DNA from: Cladosporium halotolerans
Taxonomy: Eukaryota
Assembly: GCF_011745625.1 (NCBI RefSeq)
Contig: NW_027191482.1
Coordinates: forward strand, 1 to 64,000
Direction: 5' to 3'
Length of the DNA stretch: 64,000 nucleotides
The position numbers and the translations under genes are program-made. Under the pieces are notes generated by a model. That model saw nothing but the letters and a program-made list of their open reading frames with translations. It was not told the DNA's origin and ran no database searches. Below, one piece after another: positions 58,839 through 64,000 of this stretch (position 1 is its first letter; each line of letters opens with the position of its first letter).

Positions 58839-60314
58839 CTACTCCGAGCGGTTATCGCGCATATCATACTCTGAATCCCGACGAGCGCGCATCCTTGCCT
58901 CCCGTCGGGCGGTCATATCGGGGTCTCGCGCCCATTCGGAGCTGCGACGGTCGTCGCGGCGTCTGAAGGAGGTATGTCAGCAAGAATTCGCGTGGAAAAG
59001 GAGTAAGGGATGGTAGAGAAAGCGCCTCGCGAATGTTGAATGGTAATGCGAGCAGGCGCGTTTGTTGAATCTCTTACCCCAAGTCACGCAAGATCATCAT
59101 CTGCTGCCGGCCGACGAGGGTGGCGGCCCCGGCGGCGGCGACCGCGGCATCCACTGGCTGTTGGGGTTGACGAACCTTTGGCTGGCTCCGAGGGCATTGG
59201 CGCCCAAGCCTCCGATCGCTGCTCCCACGGCGGCCGGCGCGCGGCCCTTGCCTATCCCGCTACCGACCAGGCCGCCTGCGACGGCGCCGACGGCGCTGTG
59301 TCCGATTCCGTGTTGTGAGAGGTCAAGGTGCCGGGATAGAGATTTGCCACGAGGGCGGTCTTTGGCGTGGGGAGGGTGGCGCTCGCTACGGGTGCGGCGG
59401 GGTGGGGGTGAGGTGGTGCTTTCGAAGGAGGGGGAGGGGGAGCGGTGGGAGGGAGAGTCTTGGTTGCGGGGTTGCTGGGTGTTGTAGGGGTCTTGGTAGT
59501 TGCGGGGATCGTAGGGGCCAGTGGAGGGTGGGTAGTCGTAGGACGTTGTTGAGGGCGCTGGAGGCGAGAGTTGATTCATGTTGTTGGGTTGCACGGAGCC
59601 GATGGATGAGGCTGGTGGCGGCGAAAATGGCTGGCGTCCGGCTGGTGATGGCCCTGCGCTGGGTCCGTAGATGTGGGCATATGGGACGTAGCTAGGCGCT
59701 GCGGGAGTTACACTTGGAGTCGATCGTTGCGATTGCTGGGCCGTTGCGGCTGCAGTGCCGGCACTGGCTGCTGCTGTGGCTGCTGCGTTGCGGTTGTGTA
59801 TTGCAGCTTGCTGCGGATCCATAAACTGGGGAGATCCCTTGTCTGCAATGTTATGGGAATCGCGACGTTGGTCATCTGGCGCATGATTCCACTTTGAGCT
59901 CTCAGGGTGCGAATAACCGTCATCGTAGCCGTATCTGTCGTCGTCTTCGTGATACGTTCTCCTTCTACCTGCGTGTCTGCGGTCGCGCCTGTCGTTTTCG
60001 GGATTGTAGTCGTTTCTCCCATCATACGAACTTCTGCTTCGTGCATGTTTTGAACGTCTCTCGGCAGCGCGGCTGAATCGCTCTGCTTCCTCGCGGTCAT
60101 CGTCGTAGCGCTGTCGGCGGTCTTCGTACTCGTCACTGTGGCGTCTGCGACGCGATCTCTCACGTCTCGAGCGGCGGCGTTCATCCTTTTCGTGCTTCTC
60201 CTGTCGTCGCTCCTGTTCTTTTGCCTTGTAGAAGCCTCCGGGTACTTTGTCAAACCAACTGTCCGGGATCTTGTCGGCACCGTACATAATACCGCGAAGC
60301 ACGAGCTTCTCCAT
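58839..60314 (-). CDS. Low-complexity Arg/Asp- and Pro-rich protein with glycine-zipper (2TM) motif; two possible C-termini
   Basis: N-terminal GADKIPDSWFDKVPGGFY, R/D/E-rich region, Pro-rich region, GHSAVGAVAGGLVGSGIG...GAAIGGLGANAL. The unspliced ORF stops at 59097; intron 59175-58963 joins an in-frame terminal exon ending at 58839. Confidence 0.75.
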
Positions 60315-61466
60315 GGTGTGCTATCGATGACGATGGTTGAGCGGGTTTGCAAGATCGAGTGTTCGAGACCGAGCAAGAACACTCGCAAAGGTGGTGTCAG
60401 TTGTCAAAAGGTATTCCTGCGTGGCGGAATTGCTGCGGGTTGACGCAGCTTCCTTCCCTGAGCTACTGCAGGAAACACGCGGCAGGCAGTCGGTAGCGAT
60501 TACTGGAAGCCGCCTCGGCCCCGATTCACTTGTGTTGAGAATGGAGCGCTCTCACGTGCTTACTGCTGTGAATGAATGACTGAAGTTGTGCAACCTACCG
60601 TAGCAAGATCGCGAGGCGGTCGGTCTGGAACTTTGTGCAACCTCCACGCAACGCCGTCATCGTCATCGTAGCGGTGGCTGGCACACCGTTAACGCACACT
60701 ACTATAGCGCGCCACCCTGAAGCTTCACAAAAGCTCCATCCTGGAAATGTTTGCATGTAGTCGTGTTCGGCTCTGACTGGCAGCGGTCTGGTTGCTAAAG
60801 GTTTGCCCATGATCGCTGCTAGGGTCACGACTTGTGAGACATTCGCGTCTGCAGTGACGTCGCCGTGCATATGTTTCACGCTAAAACGTAGTAGCAAATA
60901 AATTGTGATTGTTGCTATCTTGTACTGTGCAGACTATGTCGCAGGAACGTATTCTTTGAGTCGAAGTGATTGGTAGATATCACTGTTGTGAGGACCAACA
61001 GTCGATAACTGACGGGCGGAGAATGGCAGCCATGAATGATCAGAATGATGGTTCTCGATCCTCCTTCGTTCAAAGGCATCCATATGCTGCAAGACCCGGG
61101 TCATCTCACCTTTACGTCTGCGAATCCTTCGTTATGCGTCCAAGCTTTCTTTCTTCTGCTCCACATCTCTTCACGAGAACCCTAGAATTCCACTCACGTG
61201 AGTTCTAAATGCTCGCGCCCGAGTTGCCAATGTCTCTGCGATATCCATTGAAGAGCGTGGCAGGCTCCTCAGTAGATATCGATGCTGCAGAAAGGTGTCA
61301 ATGGCTTCGCACGACAAGTCTTATGCGCGACAGACAGGATCGGCTGGTCATTTCCGGCGCAGCCTCCACCGAATGGCGTCCGTACGTGGAATTGATGGCG
61401 GACTTGCAGCATTGTTTCCGTCGAGGCTGTGAAGCATGTGTTGTGTTTGCTGCAAAACGAGTCTTA

Positions 61467-62538
61467 TCAACCCTGCTCGGCAAGTCTCAATGCTTTGTCA
61501 AGCCCAGCGGCAACACGCCCAACTTCGCCACCCTCCTTCTTAATCTCGCTCACTCCATACTTGAAAATGTCATAGAGTCCCGACTCATGCAGGGCTTCAA
61601 TCCGTTCGTCGGCATCATCGTACATCTCGCTCTCGAGGTCTCGCGGCGCACCGAACAAATTCAGGTAGCCGTAGCAGTTGCTCTTGGCCGGTAACACGTG
61701 CGCGTCTGTATGCCACAAGGGGAACATCTGCGCCGCTTTCACAGCCAAAACGTCCGGATCGCTCGCGCGTCTGGTCAAGCCCGCGCTCAAGAATTTGGCC
61801 AGAGTGCTAACCTGGTGCACGAGGAGCTTGTTGCTGCCCAGCGAGCCGGAAGATTTGGTATTGGACCACTTCGCTCCGCTCGCGCTTGTGAGTTTCGAGC
61901 CCTGGGCAGTCCAAGAGAGCAAGTTCTGAAAAGTCTTGAGCGTTTTGATCCAGCCGCCGGCACAGCTGACGACACCATCGCTGTTGGCCCCCAGTAGCCA
62001 GTCTAGAGTGTCGAGAGCGGTGATTCGGATGTCTGTAGAAAGATGTGTCATGCCAGCACGAGAGTAGAGAAGAAGCCCGTCGAGGGGGCCAAGCTGAGAA
62101 GGAGGCATGGCCTTGAAGAGTTTCAGCAATTGGGCCCGGACCGCAGGAGTGCCATCAAGGATCAAGGGCTGGGCTTTGGCGATGATGACTGATGGCGGTT
62201 GCGGCCAGGGGGCTTCAGTGGTGGAGATTGCGGTGGTTAAATATGATAGAGCATCTTTTCGTTGAGCATCGTTTTTGCTGCCAATCAGAGAAAGGTTGTG
62301 ATTGAAGATGGCGCTGGCTTCACGGCTGGTTTCGCTCAGACTCTGTTGCTTGAGAACGATCGCTATCGTGCATCAGTACCCATGTGCAGACCATTCGAGG
62401 CAGTAATAAATACGTACACTTTGCGGCGAAGCTAGTATCAGTGGCGTTGGTATTCTTTGGTCTCGCTTTTCCGACTTTTAGCTTTTGCTTCTGGAAATCC
62501 TGCTTCCTCTCTTTTTTCTTCTTGCTGGAGTTGGTCAT
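61467..62538 (-). CDS. IPI1: Rix1 complex component Ipi1 (pre-rRNA processing)
   Basis: MTNSSKKKKERKQDFQKQKLKVGKARPKNTNATDTSFAAK, intron 62417-62363, SIVLKQQSL...RAGMTHLSTDIRITALDTLDWLL. Confidence 0.92.
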
Positions 62539-62849
62539 CTTGCACGATCAGCTCGTATGTTGCAAGATGCCAATGCTTTGCTGTAGTCGCCGGAGTGGAA
62601 ATATTGTCGTGAATATCCTTGGTCAAAGTCGAAGACGCCTTGTTGCAAAGATGTCCGAAGCCTTGGCGTGAAGCCGCTGGCTGTCGCTGGGAAGCAGCCA
62701 TGCAGCCTTCCGAAGACAAGGGTCCAGTCAGCTCTATTTACCTGCTACCTTGTATTTCCACCGCAACCCAGAAAACACATAATTGGCGTTTCGACATACG
62801 ACTTATACTTGGACTTGGTAGCTGCTGCTGGAGATTTGAGTCAAACATA

Positions 62850-63251
62850 ATGCAACAACCCTCACCTTCAGAGGAGACCGCTGCACTGCTTGCGCGTCTA
62901 TCTTCCCGACCCGGCGTGCAAAGCACCCTCATCCTCTCTCGCGACACAGGCGCAATCGTGCGCTCGACAGGTCTCATTACCGCCGAAGACATATCAGAGG
63001 AAGGAGAATCTGTCCCCAACGGCATTGGCGGCACGGATACGGAAGGCAAAAAGAAGGGCACGAGGAACGCCGACGCTGTCGCGAGGCTGGTTTGGAACTT
63101 TGTGAAGAGTGCGGGCGAAATGACGGAAGAGCTCAATGGAGAAAGTGATGAAGTTAAGCTGCTGCGATTGAGGACGAGGAAGAATGAGCTAGTCGTGGTG
63201 CCGGACGCTAAATTCTTGCTGGTTGTTGTTCACGATACCCCTCCAGCGTGA
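62850..63251 (+). CDS. Roadblock/LC7 dynein light chain-like protein
   Basis: ATG at 62850: LLARLSSRPGVQSTLILSRDTGAIVRSTG...DEVKLLRLRTRKNELVVVPDAKFLLVVVHD. Confidence 0.88.
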   Translation: MQQPSPSEETAALLARLSSRPGVQSTLILSRDTGAIVRSTGLITAEDISEEGESVPNGIGGTDTEGKKKGTRNADAVARLVWNFVKSAGEMTEELNGESDEVKLLRLRTRKNELVVVPDAKFLLVVVHDTPPA

Positions 63252-63382
63252 AAAGGCGATGGAAAGGCACCCTAGAAGAGAACAATTTCTCAAGGCTATG
63301 CTACTTCAAGCGTACGAAATACGCGCTTTACTCTCCGGCGCCCTGGTAATCTTCTTGCTCGCCTGGAACTGAGGCGCTGCGA

Positions 63383-63925
63383 TCACCAATGCTTCTCAGA
63401 GATGTCGACAGAGTTCACGTCCACCACATCATCCGTGAACCAACGCTCAGAGATCTCAATATCATTGCCGCTCATCTGCCGCTTCCGCATCCGACCATCC
63501 TCGGCAAAAGTCCAGTCTTCCAGGCCGTAACAACGCTTCCATTTCATGCCGTCGTATTTGTCCTGGTACTCATACCAGAACTGCACGGCGATACGGTCTC
63601 CCGTGAAGGCGAAAAGCTCTTTACGCAGGCGATACGACTTCTCCTTATCCCACTTCTTGGTCAGAAAGTCGATGATGGGCTGGGTCCCAGTGAAGAATTG
63701 GTCGCGGTTGCGCCAGATGCAGTCTTCGGTGTACGCTTTGGAGACCGCGACAGGGTCCCTTGAAGAGGTTACTATAGAACGAGAATGCGGAGTGGTTGGT
63801 GTGAAGAGAAGAGACAGTTCTGAACAATTTAGATATGGGAAGACTCACTGAGCATTCCACAAATCCTGTGCCTTTTTCACTTTGGCCCTAGCGGTTTCTT
63901 CGTTGAAAGGTGGTACGAGTGCCAT
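63383..63925 (-). CDS. DUF1348 (NTF2/SnoaL-like) protein
   Basis: MALVPPFNEETARAKVKKAQDLWNAQ, intron 63848-63759, DPVAVSKAYTEDCIWRNRDQF...KELFAFTGDRIAVQFWYEY...YGLEDWTF...GRMRKRQMSGND. Confidence 0.88.
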
Positions 63926-64000
63926 GGTTGATTGTGATGATTTGTATGGTGCCTCTGGTGTTGGGATGTAGCAGTGTTATAGATCTCACGCTGACGAGGC

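Noticed and set aside
1..64000. CRISPR arrays, rRNA, tRNA, autonomous transposons or RIP-degraded AT-rich blocks
   Set aside because: Eukaryotic gene-dense sequence with no repeat-spacer array, no tRNA cloverleaf that I could verify, no transposase or reverse-transcriptase motifs and no AT-rich RIP signature.

Overview
Gene-dense euchromatic window from a filamentous ascomycete. Short GT-AG introns with CTRAC branch points and the protein sequences suggest a Dothideomycete, possibly Mycosphaerellales (inference). I reconstructed about 27 protein-coding genes by hand: VTA1 (partial), an Mpd1-like PDI, a GprM-like GPCR, a DUF202 protein, a Zrc1/Cot1 zinc transporter, a small hypothetical, a PWWP chromatin protein, a D-2-hydroxyacid dehydrogenase, a CitE/CLYBL-like lyase, two tandem GPI-anchored Ser/Thr-rich proteins, a class II peroxidase-like protein, an EthD protein, a hexose transporter, EPT1/CPT1, a DUF4804/MavL-like macrodomain protein, BRR2, an Acr-2-like Zn2Cys6 factor, a EutQ-like cupin, CHS5, a histidine acid phosphatase, a Tna1/Dal5-family MFS, an aquaglyceroporin, a glycine-zipper protein, IPI1, a roadblock/LC7 protein and a DUF1348 protein. 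I recognised no tRNA, rRNA, snRNA, CRISPR array or autonomous transposon. Most notable: (1) an intronless fungal MavL/DUF4804-type candidate arginine-ADP-ribose hydrolase head-to-head with BRR2; (2) recurrent ~0.5-1.5 kb islands that switch from C-rich to G-rich on the + strand regardless of gene orientation, including in non-coding DNA; (3) a 118-bp TIR-bounded insert flanked by a perfect 10-bp direct repeat inside the CitE-like intron; (4) a likely alternative 5' splice site switching the C-terminus of the glycine-zipper protein. All family assignments come from motif recognition, not database searches.
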